DNA of 63,519 nt, filler included, from Olpidium bornovanus S191 (taxonomy: Eukaryota; Fungi; Olpidiomycota), in assembly GCA_017911155.1 (NCBI GenBank). It is 29 parts of 29 records of this genome, joined end to end, with 100 filler letters (N's around TTAATTAATTAA, not from the genome) between each part and the next. Parts side by side here need not be neighbours in the genome. Positions count along the whole stretch, not along the records: positions 51,149 to 53,351 come from JAEFCI010006870.1; positions 53,452 to 57,000 come from JAEFCI010003529.1; positions 57,101 to 58,122 come from JAEFCI010012876.1; positions 58,223 to 60,386 come from JAEFCI010004130.1; positions 60,487 to 61,610 come from JAEFCI010005129.1; positions 61,711 to 63,519 come from JAEFCI010004419.1; 23 more parts are not named here. The stretch is one strand, 5' to 3'. A program made the translations under genes and the position numbers. The notes under the pieces were generated by a model, which ran no database searches, was not told the origin of the DNA, and was given only the letters and a program-made list of their open reading frames with translations. Positions within the stretch are counted from its first letter, which is position 1. Every line of letters starts with the position of its first letter. Shown here piece after piece: positions 51,519 to 63,519 of the stretch.

Positions 51519-53351
51519 ATGTCCTCCCGGCCGTTGCACCCCCCTGACGACGCCGCGCAGCAGGCGTCGGGCGCGCTACCCCCGCCGCGCCGGTCGCGGT
51601 GGGAGGTGGACAGCTCCGGCGACGAGGGCTGCCCCGCGGGCCGCAACCTCCCGGACGAGAACAAGCGGAAAAGGAAGCGCGGCGTGCCGGAATCCACTAC
51701 TTCCACGCGGGCGCCGGCCGCGGACCCGGTGCGTGCGCGGTCGTCGTCTTTGCCGCCGTCAGTGGTGGCCCCCGCGACTGAAGGGGCCTGCGCAGCCTCC
51801 GGTGTGGCGACCCCCGGTGACCCCTGCCGGGACGCGACGCCGACCGCCGCGGACGACTCGCTCACGCCACCGGCAGCCCGCATTCCTGGGACACCCCTGA
51901 CGACGCCGCCTGCGAGCCACGGCACGCGAACAGAGGATGCAGGGGCGGGACAGACGGCGGTCGACGCACGGACAGCACGCCTGTCGTCGCCCACGCCCCC
52001 CCCTGCCAACCCGTACCCGTTCATAACCGGGTGCAGGAGCGTTGAGCTGTACGAGAAGCTGAACAGGATCGAGGAAGGCGCGTATGGCGTCGTGTACCGA
52101 GCGACAGAATTAGCAACCGGCGACATCGTGGCGTTGAAGAAACTTAAAATGGAGAACGAAAAGAACGGTTTCCCAATTACTAGTCTTCGCGAGATACACA
52201 CTCTGTTCCTGGTCGCGGGCCACCCAAACATTGTGAATGTAAGGGAAGTCGTCGTCGGCAGTAAATTAAACAGGTATTCGTTTGCGCCGCTCGTTTTTTC
52301 GTTTAGTTTCGTCTCCCCTCAACAACGGGCATCCTTCACGAAGGGTATATGGATTGGAAGCCGTTCTAATCACTGCTTCTCGCATACCATCCATCTCGAT
52401 TTTTCTTCTATTTTGGTGGCACCAATGTCGATTGCCGATTGCACACGTCCTCAACCGCGCCCTCGTTTAACATGCTTGCGACGCGTCGTAATCAAATTGT
52501 GCATTGCGATGGAAACGCGCAAATGGCTTGCGCCGGCGGGGTTACCATCCCATGTCCCGTCGCGCGGCTTCCTTATATCTTTCGATCGCTTACTGGTATT
52601 GAAGCGTTTATATTGTGATGGACTTCATTGAGCACGACCTGAAAGGCCTCCTTTCGACCATGCGGAGCCCATTTCTCCAGTCGGAGGTCAAGACCCTCAT
52701 GCTGCAGCTGCTCTCTGCGTGCGCGTGCTTGCACTTGAACTGGATCGTCCACCGGGACCTGAAGACCTCAAACCTTCTGCTGAACAACCGCGGCGAGATT
52801 AAGGTCGCCGACTTTGGATTAACGCGCAAGTACGGCTCCCCGCTCGGCCACATGACTCAACTGGTCGTCACGTTGTGGTATCGCGCCCCGGAGCTGCTCC
52901 TCGGCGCCAAGGAGTACAGCACCGAAGTCGATATGTGGAGCGTCGGGTGCATCTTTGCCGAGCTCATCGACCGCGAACCCCTGATTCGCGGGAAGTCGGA
53001 GATCGACCAGCTGGACAAGGTGCGTCGGGCTTGGTTTGTCGCTTCGACGCGGGGCCGAACCGCCGAGGGCGTTTGATTTGTGTACTGTCCCAGTGGAAGA
53101 TGGAAGACTGGAGGTCAACAGGCGTCGTTGAGCGAGCCCTTGTCTTCTCTTTAGGGGTTGTTCGCGCTTCTCGCTGGCTATCGATTTCGCCAGCAACCGC
53201 CCTACCCCGACCATTTGACACGTTCCTGTTCATGTATCCCGGCAGATTTTCCGCCTTCTTGGCACGCCGAACGAGCGGATATGGCCGGGCTTTTCCCAGC
53301 TGCCGAATGCGCAGAACGTGAATTTCCCCAATCACCCGTTAGTGCTGCCGC
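51519..53351 (+). CDS. CDK11: CDK11 (PITSLRE)-family kinase, 3' truncated
   Basis: [75 protein letters not shown] and IFRLLGTP. Confidence 0.94.
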
Positions 53352-53863
53352 NNNNNNNNNNNNNNNNNNNNNNNNNNNNNNNNNNNNNNNNNNNNTTAAT
53401 TAATTAANNNNNNNNNNNNNNNNNNNNNNNNNNNNNNNNNNNNNNNNNNNNAAAAAAAAAAAAAAAAAAAAATTAAACAAAAACTCTGCCGCGCTCCCTT
53501 CGACGGAGGCGGCGGCGGGCGGCGGCTGCGGCTGCGGCGGCGGCTGCGGCGGTGGACGGCGCGGGAGAGCAGGGGCCGGGTGTGTTGGCGCCGGAGATCA
53601 GCCGCCGGGGTTGGTTCTTCCGCTCGCCCTTACACCAAACGCTGCCAGCGACCACTGACTGAAACCGCGCGGAAACGGAGCGACACCACCACCGAGCTTC
53701 CCGCTCCGGAGCCACCGAAAAAGCAACCCCGCACACACTACACACACACATCCCCGCACCACCATCGCGGTTTGGGGGGACCCCCCCGGCAGCGGGGAGG
53801 ACAGGCGCCGCGGGAAAGCGCGGACGGGGAACGAGGGCGAGGCGGGCGGCGCAGCGTCGGACG

Positions 53864-54277
53864 ATGCTCATCCTCAACAACGCGCAGAAGCGGCGAGTGA
53901 CCTCCTCGCTCTTCCTCTCCGTCGCGGTGGGGGCTGTGCTGTCCGTTGCGGCGCCGCTGCTGTTCCCGTGCCCGGTCGAGCGCAGGGCTTTCTCGGAAGA
54001 GGACGGCGAGAGAAGCAAGAGGAAGCGCGGCGAGGACGGCGGGGCGGACCTTCGCGCCGCAGAGAGCGCCGAGCCGATGAGGAGAGTCGAGGTCGTGGTC
54101 CGGGGCAGGAACTCCGCCGGCTTGAGAACGGCCGCCGCGATCCGTGACTATCCGTCCCGCGCCCGAGCGGTCGCCGTCCCGGAGACCAGGCCAGCTGGAG
54201 CGGAAGCGGACAAGGACCCAGACGAGGCTCTCGTGGATGAACCGTCGACGGCTGTCCCCGCCGGCTCCTTGAGATGA
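53864..54277 (+). CDS. Coa2-like small mitochondrial cytochrome oxidase assembly factor
   Basis: A basic N-terminus, the hydrophobic stretch SLFLSVAVGAVLSVAAPLLF and PCP resemble Coa2-type proteins. Confidence 0.5.
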   Translation: MLILNNAQKRRVTSSLFLSVAVGAVLSVAAPLLFPCPVERRAFSEEDGERSKRKRGEDGGADLRAAESAEPMRRVEVVVRGRNSAGLRTAAAIRDYPSRARAVAVPETRPAGAEADKDPDEALVDEPSTAVPAGSLR

Positions 54278-54910
54278 CGCGTCTCGGGTTCCGGTTTTCT
54301 TCTCCGTTCCGGACTGGGCCCCACTCGTCCCCTCGATCGTCCTCATGCTACCTCGCGCCCAAAGCAAGGGATGCTTCGGAAGACCTCGTTTTCCTGGCAA
54401 CTAAACGCGATTTCGCGCCGCAGCAGGGGGCCCGTGAGCCGCAGGAAGACGGCCGGCAGCTGATACGGATCGCGAACCGCACGCCGACGGAGCGGAACCC
54501 TCGACGGAAAGCGCGTGTTTTGGAGGAAAAGGCGAAGTTTGGGGAGTCTACGACTGATTTGACCGCCAATAGACCAGGAGAAAAACGTCCCGGGCCGGTT
54601 GTGCTTGAACAATACAGGCATCACTCTTGTGCATTTTTGATGTATACGTTAAGGCATCGGCGCGGGGGAGAGTGGAGAAGACAATGGGCGAGTGGGGGGG
54701 ACATGGGGCGGACGGCCCGTGGAGCATGGTGCGGGCAAACGCGATTCCATGCCACGAATATCATGAAATATGCTTGAGCGGCTGCAGGACAGAGCGACCA
54801 CGAACAAACCTGGAACGACGCAAGCGGCGAGCGCGCAGACATTTCCTGGATCAAAAACTGAGCGCGCGGAGAGAAACCCCTTCCGATTATCTTTACCTCA
54901 TTGCATCATG

Positions 54911-57000
54911 TTACCCCTGCCCTCCGAAGGAGGGCGCTCCAACACTCGAACCACGGAACCCAACCGCAGCTTCAGTCGCGGTTTGAATGAACTGTCGTCT
55001 CTGGGGTAGAGTATCTCGCAGAACAACAAGAGATACTTGATGATGCGGTGGTCGACCACAACCCCGGATCTACCCAGTTTCTCACAATGTCAGCGAAACA
55101 GTCGGTCGCGCAACAGCAACAGGCGCGAAAATGCAAGCCAAAATTTATTTACCTCAGAATCGCCCATACGGCCGTCATGATGTCCTCCCGCCCTGCCAAC
55201 TCCTGTTGGACTCTTTTGAGCGCTTCCTCGGTCGCCGCCTTTTTGTCGTCCTCCTCCTCGCTCACTTCCGCCTTCGCCGGCGGCGCGTCGGCCTCCTCAA
55301 AGACTAGGCCGTCGAAATCGCCACCCGCGCGGGTCCGGTCGGTAACAGTGGCTTGGTGACCCCGCGACACGTACAGGCCCAGCACCTCCGCCATGCTACG
55401 CGCGAGATGGTAGCGCACGTAGTGGGACGGGTCTTCGCGCAGCTGCCGGAGGATGTACTCGGTCACCGCCCGGTTCTGCAACCCGTTGAGGAAGAAAAGG
55501 GCATCAAACGCCGTCAGGCGGACGTTTCGGAAGTTTCCGTTGCTGAGATGAAAAGTCGCGCGGCGGAAAGAAATTGGGGCGAGAAAGTTTTGCTCGGTGA
55601 CGTAAGAAATCCGCCGGCAAAACACAGCCGGCCGTGCCGCCCCCTCCATAGAAACGATAATTAACTCCATAACAGCAGCAGCATCGCTCCGACCCGACTA
55701 GCCGTATCCCATACCTTGTGTACGTCAAAAATATTCGGAAATCGGTTGGGATTAATTTGGCGATCATGAAGCGCATTATCGTCTAAAATGCGCCGGAGTG
55801 TTGATTATATAGCGGCACCAACGACTGGTTAATGTGGAGACAAAGTAGTTCACGCGGCTCCCCCATTTCCACGTGATTCGTGACGAACCTTCAAGCAGCT
55901 GCATGTGACGGTGTTCGCGTAGCTTGGCACGAGAGTATCTAGCGTCCTGTACCGGTCGATTTCGGCGATTGCCTGGCCAAGCAGAACGACGCCAGCGTCG
56001 TCCACGTCCGTGGCGTCGTACTCCATGCCATTCAGGTCGTCGGCGCCGGCAACGGGCGCGGTGGGCACAAACGCGTCGCCAAGGGCGGTTATCAACGATG
56101 CTACGTTAAACCCGTCCGAGTACTAGAGAAAGCACATGCGTTTATTAGAAAAATTCGCCGGCGGATCGCGAGGGGCGCTTCTGCTTACCGGATTGTCGGT
56201 GTTGTCGTTGTATTTTAGTAAATCGAGAATGAATACCTGCGCTCGCCGCGGACATCGTCCCCGGTCGTCGCGGATCGTCGCGATCGCCTTTGGTATTGTC
56301 TACACCAGTCAAAACGAAAGGGGCGCAAGCTCGCTGAGTTTTTTTTTTGCCACAGTGACGTCGTGGATTTCGAAAGAGACGCGCGGGAATTGGAGGGGAG
56401 GAGGAGGAGAGGGTGGGTGTCTCCAGCGCCGTACCTGCTGGACGTAGTATTCCGTGATCGAAGAAAAGTCGTTCGTTTTGGGTATCATTGGGTCGTCTAT
56501 CCCGTCGGGGGCGCACGGGAGCCCGTACCGTTTCCTGAACGTCTTCGTCAGCTGCAGAAGACCCACCCATCTTAACTGCGAAGTTGCACACTATGTCGAA
56601 GACACAGAAGCGAGTGAAACGCAGCGAACCGCCGCGGTCAGCGGTCGTCGATCACACCATCAACTCCTTCCCCACAATGGTAAGCGGTGGACGGGAAACA
56701 GCGCAGCTCACATTCGCCATGGCATAAGCGGCGTCCATCCTGACGCGGTAAAAGCACTTGGAGTCGTTCAGTGTCCGCATCAAGCTGGTCGAAGTTGCAG
56801 CCGAGGGACATCGGCCAAGCGCCTCCACCGCCTCCGCCTGCGCGACAACGTCCTTGTCGTGGGACAGTTGAAAGGCCCACATGTGATCAGACTGAGTGAA
56901 ATCAAGCACGCACAGCCACTCGAATTCCGAATCTAACCGGATCCAGTTGAACGATGCACTGAGCAAAGCGAGTGGCCAGCCGGACGGTACACGTCCCCTC
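54911..57000 (-). CDS. TAF2: TFIID subunit Taf2, central to C-terminal exons (5' truncated)
   Basis: D.DSEFEWLC, DHMWAFQL.HDKDVVAQAEAV, CFYRVRMDAAYAM, PKTNDFSSITEYYVQ, VITALGDAF, EIDRYRTLD.LVPSY.NTVT and GNFRNVRLTAFDALF. The 3' end is approximate. Confidence 0.93.
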
Positions 57001-57119
57001 NNNNNNNNNNNNNNNNNNNNNNNNNNNNNNNNNNNNNNNNNNNNTTAATTAATTAANNNNNNNNNNNNNNNNNNNNNNNNNNNNNNNNNNNNNNNNNNNN
57101 CCCCCCCCCCTTCCCCCCC

Positions 57120-57166
<47 letters not shown>

Positions 57167-58234
57167 TATCCACGGAAACGACCTGCAGCCCCACAGGACG
57201 CCCGCAGCGCGCGTTTCTCGATTGCTATTTTATATACGACACATTTAAATAAATAAAAGTCTCGCTTCGCTCCGCGCGGGGTTTTCCCCAGAAATCCGCC
57301 GAGAAAACACCGGAACGGCGTTTCGTATCACAGAGAAAGAACCGCCGGCGGGAGGAAAAAAATTTATCCCGAGGTTTTTTTGAAAGATTATTTCTGCCGA
57401 GCCGCATGCCAAAAGTCGCCCCGCCGCAAGTTTTCTGTCCGGAGCCGTCCGACAAAGAGCTCTCAAGACGTTTTCGTCCGAAGCATTTTGCTTTTTTTTT
57501 TTTTTTTTTGTTCTTTTTTTGGAAACCGCGCGGAGCCGTTTCTGGAAGCCGCAGCGGGCGGTGTTGTGAATCGCAGGGAAACGAAACGATCGGAACGCCG
57601 GAACGTCGGGACGCGTTCGGAGAGCGGCTGGAGGAGTTTTTGGAGGGAGTGCGGCAAGTCGTTGAGGAAGCACGGGAAGACGGAAGGACGAGAGAGAGAG
57701 CGAGAGGGAGAGAGAGAGAGAGAAATTAGCGGAGGAATCTGAACGGAAGTTTTGGAAATCCAGTGTCGCTGTTTTGGAAAGTAGACCCCTCGCAAAGGCC
57801 CGGCGCCGCCTCTCCCCAGCTCTCCATTGTTTTTTGCTTCACTGGAACGCAACTCGTCACAACGAAAGCTAAAATCGTCACGCAAACCCGATTCTAAAGT
57901 TCAATCTGGGATGTCGCGGGATGTATAGGCGGATGCCGTGGGATGGCGAGTGCGAGGTCGCGTAGGGAAAATGGCCGTGTACAGTTTGTAACTGACCTTC
58001 CCATGTAACTAGCGGGCTTCCACGCCCGAGAAAATGCAAAATAGAGCGGGAAACCTTCCGTCCAGGTACAGTAACTCAAAACAGCCGAGAAGAAAAAAAC
58101 AAGTAATTCCACAACGCCAAGCNNNNNNNNNNNNNNNNNNNNNNNNNNNNNNNNNNNNNNNNNNNNTTAATTAATTAANNNNNNNNNNNNNNNNNNNNNN
58201 NNNNNNNNNNNNNNNNNNNNNNAAATCATATCTC

Positions 58235-58640
58235 GTGCCGAGCGTTCGCGGCAAGTTGGCCCACAAGGCCAAATTCCCGCCAGATGGCAGCATTAACCGT
58301 TACAAAACTCGCCACGTCACAAAGTGTTGCTCGCAGAAACATGGCTTGGACTTTGGTGAAATGTGGTCGCCTGTTTCATATCTTTTTCTGCTGTTCGTTT
58401 CTTTTAAAATTGGTGACGTTTCTTGGCTGGCACACCATAAGTGCCGATTTCGCCGCCGCCTGCATGAACTCCCCTCTCGTCCGACTTTCATGTAGCAGAT
58501 TGAAGGAGTCACTGATTCCTGGAAGCCAGATCGCGTCACTGCTTCTCCTCAAGGCGCTGAACGGACTTCGGCAGTCGCCAAGACGTAAGGACCTTGATTT
58601 GGATGCTGAGCTCCGCAGGTTGTTATTTCGGCTCATTCGC
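58235..58640 (+). mobile_element. Degenerate Ty1/copia reverse-transcriptase relic
   Basis: DGSINRYKTRHVTK..SQKHGLDFGEMWSPV, then in another frame LGWH...LLLKALNGLRQSPR; these match copia RYKARLVAKG and LKALYGLKQSPR. Confidence 0.88.
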
Positions 58641-58857
58641 TCTCCGCGGCAGTCTGCGAGCCATCTTCCGCGAGGGAAGGGCGGAGGGGGAGCGGAGGGC
58701 CCAGGAAGGCCGAGGAAGGGGAGGTGCGTGCGATGCGAGAGCGCCTCCTGTCTCGCAAACAAGAACACGCGCGGGCAAAGCGGCTGCCGCCCACGCCTCC
58801 CCCTCGCCCCCTTCCCCTCCCCCGCACGCCCCGCCCCCTGTGCGCGCTTTCGCAGAG

Positions 58858-60351
58858 ATGACCCGCTTCGCGGCTGCTGCCGCCGTCGCTGCCGCCGTCG
58901 CTGCGCTCTGCTCCGCGCCCCCCGCAGGCGCCGCTTTCTTCCAGACCGTCTTTGGCCGGCAGGTCAAGGCGCTGACCAAGACTCTCGCCGAAGCCATCGC
59001 CGACCCGTGGTCGTCGGTCTCCCACCCCGCCTTCCCGTCGTACAAGGTCCGAGTCCTGGAACCCAAAGGCTACTGCGACCCCGGCGTCGAGCAGAAGTCT
59101 GGCTACTTCGACATCGACGGCAAGAAGCACTTTGTACGTGAATATCCTGCTATCGCTGCTCCCCGTTCATCTCGCGCTTCCCCTATCACGCCCCCTGTCG
59201 TGGACTTCATAACCAAAGAAGAAGGAGGCACCGCAAATATTTCCGACGCCACGTGGAGATGGTTCGGACGTTGCTACGGAGTCAAAGGCTCCCGACCCTC
59301 AATATAGTCCGACCGCGTCCTCCATTTTCGCTCGCCAGTACTTCCACTTCTTCGAGTCGCGCTCCGATCCCAAAACTGATCCCTTCGTTCTATGGCTGAA
59401 CGGTGGACCTGGTTGCAGCTCCATGGTGTGTACTAGTTTTCCGCGCGGGAGGCGCAGAATCGTAAAGTTTACGGCGTTCTTTTACTGATTATACGCGTAC
59501 CCTGACTTCGTAGACCGGTCTCTACATGGAAAATGGACCGTGCCGCGTGCGCGAAGACGGCTCCGGTAAGATGCCAAGGCGTCTTTCGTTTGGTTTGCAC
59601 AGGAAAGTCGAGCAAGGGAGCGACAATCCGCTTAATTAGTGTTCTCTTTGCAGCGCTTGACTACAACGAGTACGGATGGAACACCAATGGTAGGCAGATA
59701 TTGCGAGACCTTGCACGTTGAGTTTGTCAAAGAATTTTTTTTGAATCTTTAAAGTCAACAGCCAACGTCATCTTCCTCGATCAGGTAAGGTGCAAGGCTA
59801 GGTTTTCCGAGATATATATCATAGTGAATTCTCCGGCGACGCGGGAGCGGAGATTTCTTTCAGGTTCATTTTATGACTAATGTCCGTCCCGACCATTTAG
59901 CCCCTGGGTGCAGGTTTCTCGTTCGGCTCGGGGGGAGCTTGGGATACCGACGAGGCAGCAAGGGACGTATACGCGTTTTTCCAAGTCTTTTTCCGTGAAT
60001 ATCCGAAGTATGCCAAGGCTTCCTTCCACATCTGGGGTGAAAGTTATGGTGGGTTTGGTTCCGTATCTTCGCAAAGTGCTACAACGCCGACCTGTCACCT
60101 GATCCGGCGGCTACCATTTCAGCCGGACACTACATCCCCGGTTTCGGGGATTACTTTAACCAGCAGAACAAAGTTGCGCATGAGAAAGGGTTCATTAAGA
60201 TCAACTTCCAGGTACGTGTTCAGGTATTTTCCTTCGCAATGGCAGTTTTCAGTGTAGCTGAGGGTCATGTACTGGTATTCTGCTTTCAGTCTGTCGGTAT
60301 AGGAAATGGCGTGACCGATCCTGCCATCCAGTTTGGCTACTCCGGGCCGAT
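58858..60351 (+). CDS. PRC1: Serine carboxypeptidase S10 (carboxypeptidase Y-like), 3' truncated
   Basis: Signal peptide from ATG 58858; [61 protein letters not shown] and GIGNGVTDP. Confidence 0.94.
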
Positions 60352-61172
60352 GTGAGTATCACGAAAATGACCCTGAGGCATCGATCNNNNNNNNNNNNNN
60401 NNNNNNNNNNNNNNNNNNNNNNNNNNNNNNTTAATTAATTAANNNNNNNNNNNNNNNNNNNNNNNNNNNNNNNNNNNNNNNNNNNNCATGATCCAAAAAA
60501 GATAATGGGTTTTTTCTCCCGTCGCGGCCGATGAACCACGATTTAGGCGGTCTTAACCTTCCTCTCCTCTTGGCGTTGGCGGCGGCAGCGGCGGCGGCGG
60601 AGATAAGGGAATGCAAAATTCTTTTCTTTTTTTCAAAAGCGAGGAAAAAAAAAACTGTGTTCGGTCACCCCTACGAAATAAGAACCTTCCCCCGCCCTTT
60701 CCCCACCCCGCCCCCCCGACCGCAGCACTGTTGGATGTTTTTTTTTTTTCAGTGACGCGTTTCGCTCGGTTCACCGTCTCCAAGGCGGGGTGAGGGGAAA
60801 GGGTAATAGGGGGAAGGAATTGGAGGCTCGACGTGACGTTAAACTCTTCTCTCACCTTTTGAACCGGGGCCCACGGGCGCGGCGGCGGAGGGGGGCGTGT
60901 TGTGTGGGGGGATGGGCGACGTTGTCCCCGCTTTCCCCGCTTACCCACGCCGACCCAGGGGCGGTGCGACAAAGGAGACGCCGCCTCCCCAGATGTGTTT
61001 TGAAGGCGTGAACCGTCCGGTCGCTTCCGCCCGAAAGCGTGCGCGAGAGAGCACGGCGCGGGGACAGGCAAGGCGGGGCAACCCGGTTCCTTTCTTTCTC
61101 GTCGCGTTGCTAGGGCTCCTCCCCGCCCGCTCCCTGTCGGACGACGTCATGTCACTCTCGCCCGCTGAGAAA

Positions 61173-61221
<49 letters not shown>

Positions 61222-62120
61222 AAAAAAACGACGCGTATTTTTGTTTGTAATCGCACGGCGCGCTCGGCGGGTTGCGCGATAAAAAACCGGTTCCCTGTCG
61301 TCGAGAGCCTGCGCACGCAGCTTTCCCCTCGCGAAACATACCCTTCCTGGATCCGTCATCGGCGGCAACGCGTTGCCTCACCCCCCTCCCCTCCCCCTGC
61401 ACCGTATACCCGAAGAAGAAAAAGCGGCGAACCTACGGCAGGAGAGACCAAGGAGCAGAGGAGAAGGGCGGGGGAGACGAGCTGAGGGACATGCTAGAGG
61501 AGGGGAGGCGTCTCCAGTGGACGAAAATGTGGCCAACGGGCGAAGAGAGGGCGCGATGCGCAAAATCAGAAAACACGGGATCCCCCCCCCCCACACACAC
61601 ACCCGCCTTCNNNNNNNNNNNNNNNNNNNNNNNNNNNNNNNNNNNNNNNNNNNNTTAATTAATTAANNNNNNNNNNNNNNNNNNNNNNNNNNNNNNNNNN
61701 NNNNNNNNNNCATGGAGCAGGAGCCGCTGAACCCGCGTGCGGAAGTCGAGTCCAACCGATACAGAAATCCGGCTTGTGGAGACGCATCCAGGAAAACGGA
61801 AATGGTCATCTCTGCCCCTTTACGGCAGGAGTTCCAGCCGGTGAGCGAGCGGTTTGACTTGAAACCCGTTTTTTTTATTCCGCCCGGAACCCCGGTGGGT
61901 AAACGCAGCGGACGGCGCTGACTCTCTTGCTGAAACGGCCGACGCAAGTCATTATCCCCGCGGGAGGGCCGGCTCCGTGCATTCACGGGGTGTCCTCCGA
62001 AACCAGCAGCTGAAGTGAACGCGTTTGAATTTTGCCTGAACACCGCCCTGATGAAGCCAACCTGCATTCACTAAACCGGCGGCTTTTTTTTCGTGAATTC
62101 TGGTTTGGCAGCGCTACCGG

Positions 62121-63378
62121 ATGCGAGTAATCCCAGATCAAGGTCCAGCCCAGACCGTTGGTATCGACGTGGGGGCTTTGGCTGGCGACAGTGATCAGGA
62201 AGCTGCCTGCTACATAATGAACAGAGTGTTCCGGAAGTTCGGCATCATCGGTGCTGACCGCTACAGGTACAAGCTGTTTGAATCGTCAAGGGGGGAGGGT
62301 GGGTGGGTTTGAGGAGTACGAGATGTGGTTGCCGAAGCGTCGCCCTTTGGCGGTGGGTTGGTCGTACGTCCAATTTATCCTGGATCATTGTTTCCTTCGC
62401 AGAAAAACAAATATCGGATAGCGAACTCGTCGATTTTTGCCGCTCGTGGGCGAAGAACGACCTGCTTTTGAGGAAGGCTCCTCAGCCACGGCGGACAGAT
62501 AATCAAAAGTGAGCTCTTGAATTTTAAGGAGACATCCGCAGCTACTCGGTCACCTCACCTGCGCCTTCCCACCTCTTCCCGCCGCTTTAGAGTGCTGGAA
62601 AATTTCTTTATGGAAAGGGAGCAGAACGCTGCGCGTTGGCTGACCTCGCCTGTCGCGCGGCAACGGCAGTCGGAAATCTTCGGCGAACGGGAGCGTCCAG
62701 CATCGGAGCTGATAACCGCGGACCTTTCCAAGTATTTCAGTGGGTACCTGGCTTCGGGAGATCGGGAAGCGCAACCGCAGCAAGGGGAAGAACAGCCGGT
62801 GGCATCCGAGAACCGGCACCTTCCGCCGACGCCCGCCATCATGCGGGTGATATCACCCGACGCGAATACGTTTACTCAAAGCCCAGATGAACTGGTAACG
62901 GAAGTCGGAAAGGAGGAGGACCGGACGGAGACCAGTTCACAAAATGCCAAAGGTGCTGATGGCAGTGCGGAAAATCAGAGTACGCCCAAGCTGACCCGTG
63001 CCGCGTGTAAGTATTCCGGCCGCGGAGGGCACGGCTTGGGAACAATGTTGCGGGAGACCAATTGCCGAGGGCCGGCATCTGACGACCATTCGGGCGCCGG
63101 GAAAAATAATAAAAAAAATTCCACAGCGTCCCGGCAGCAAAGTCAGGGCTTGATGAAGTGGATAAAGGGCGAGGTCATTGGGAAGGGATCCTTCGGCACC
63201 GTCTGCCTGGGCATGAACCCGCGCTCCGGCGAGTTGTTGGCTGTCAAGCAGGTCGAGCTGCCGTCGGAAACTAGGTTGGCCGCCAACGACGACCGGAAGA
63301 GGAGCATGCTGCAGGCTCTGCAGCGAGAAATCAACCTGCTCAAGAACATGGAGCACGAGAATATTGTGCGGTACATGG
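62121..63378 (+). CDS. MAP kinase kinase kinase (Ste11/Bck1 family): RA-like region and kinase N-lobe
   Basis: Manual translation KWIKGEVIGKGSFGTVCLGMNPRSGELLAVKQVELPS...SMLQALQREINLLKNMEHENIVRYM (63157-63378), with upstream IMNRVFRKFG. Ste11 versus Bck1 is not resolved. Confidence 0.88.
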
Positions 63379-63519
63379 GTGTGTTGGTCATCCGTTGTCA
63401 TGCTTGTCTGCCCTCCGCGGTGGATTGCGCGCTCTCCGCCCTGCTCCGGAGAGCTCTCGTTCGTCAGCATTCCCTAATGGCACGGAAACGATATAATGAT
63501 GCTTTGCCGGCCAGGTTCC

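Noticed and set aside
57101-58122. Coding or LTR content in this contig (also 29643-30827 and 60487-61610)
   Set aside because: No recognisable motif, terminal repeat or splice-consistent ORF.

Overview
This window is not one locus. It is 29 short (about 1-4 kb) eukaryotic contigs joined by 28 identical artificial 100-nt spacers (44 N + TTAATTAATTAA + 44 N), so adjacency across a spacer means nothing. The DNA is GC-rich, intron-containing and fungal-like. Recognisable gene fragments: HOM2, TRS85, PRP16, dynein LC8, axonemal dynein DNAI7/CASC1, xanthine dehydrogenase, a triple-homeodomain protein, GET1, an ADAM protease, ADE16/17, LSM6, DCP2, a kinesin-7, SRP54, UBR1, a PASK-like kinase, a CCCH protein, CDK11, a COA2-like protein, TAF2, carboxypeptidase Y and a MAPKKK. 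There are also Ty3/Gypsy (chromovirus) and Ty1/copia relics and a decayed class II DAHP synthase. The axonemal dynein subunit implies a flagellated (zoosporic) fungus; an Olpidium-like organism is my unverified guess. I found no tRNA, rRNA or CRISPR array, and no clearly new multi-gene system. The best leads are the atypical triple-homeodomain protein, the DAHP synthase pseudogene beside a Gypsy/copia junction, the very heavy homopolymer load that spares conserved exons, and the head-to-head LSM6-DCP2 pair. All protein assignments are from recalled family motifs, not database searches.
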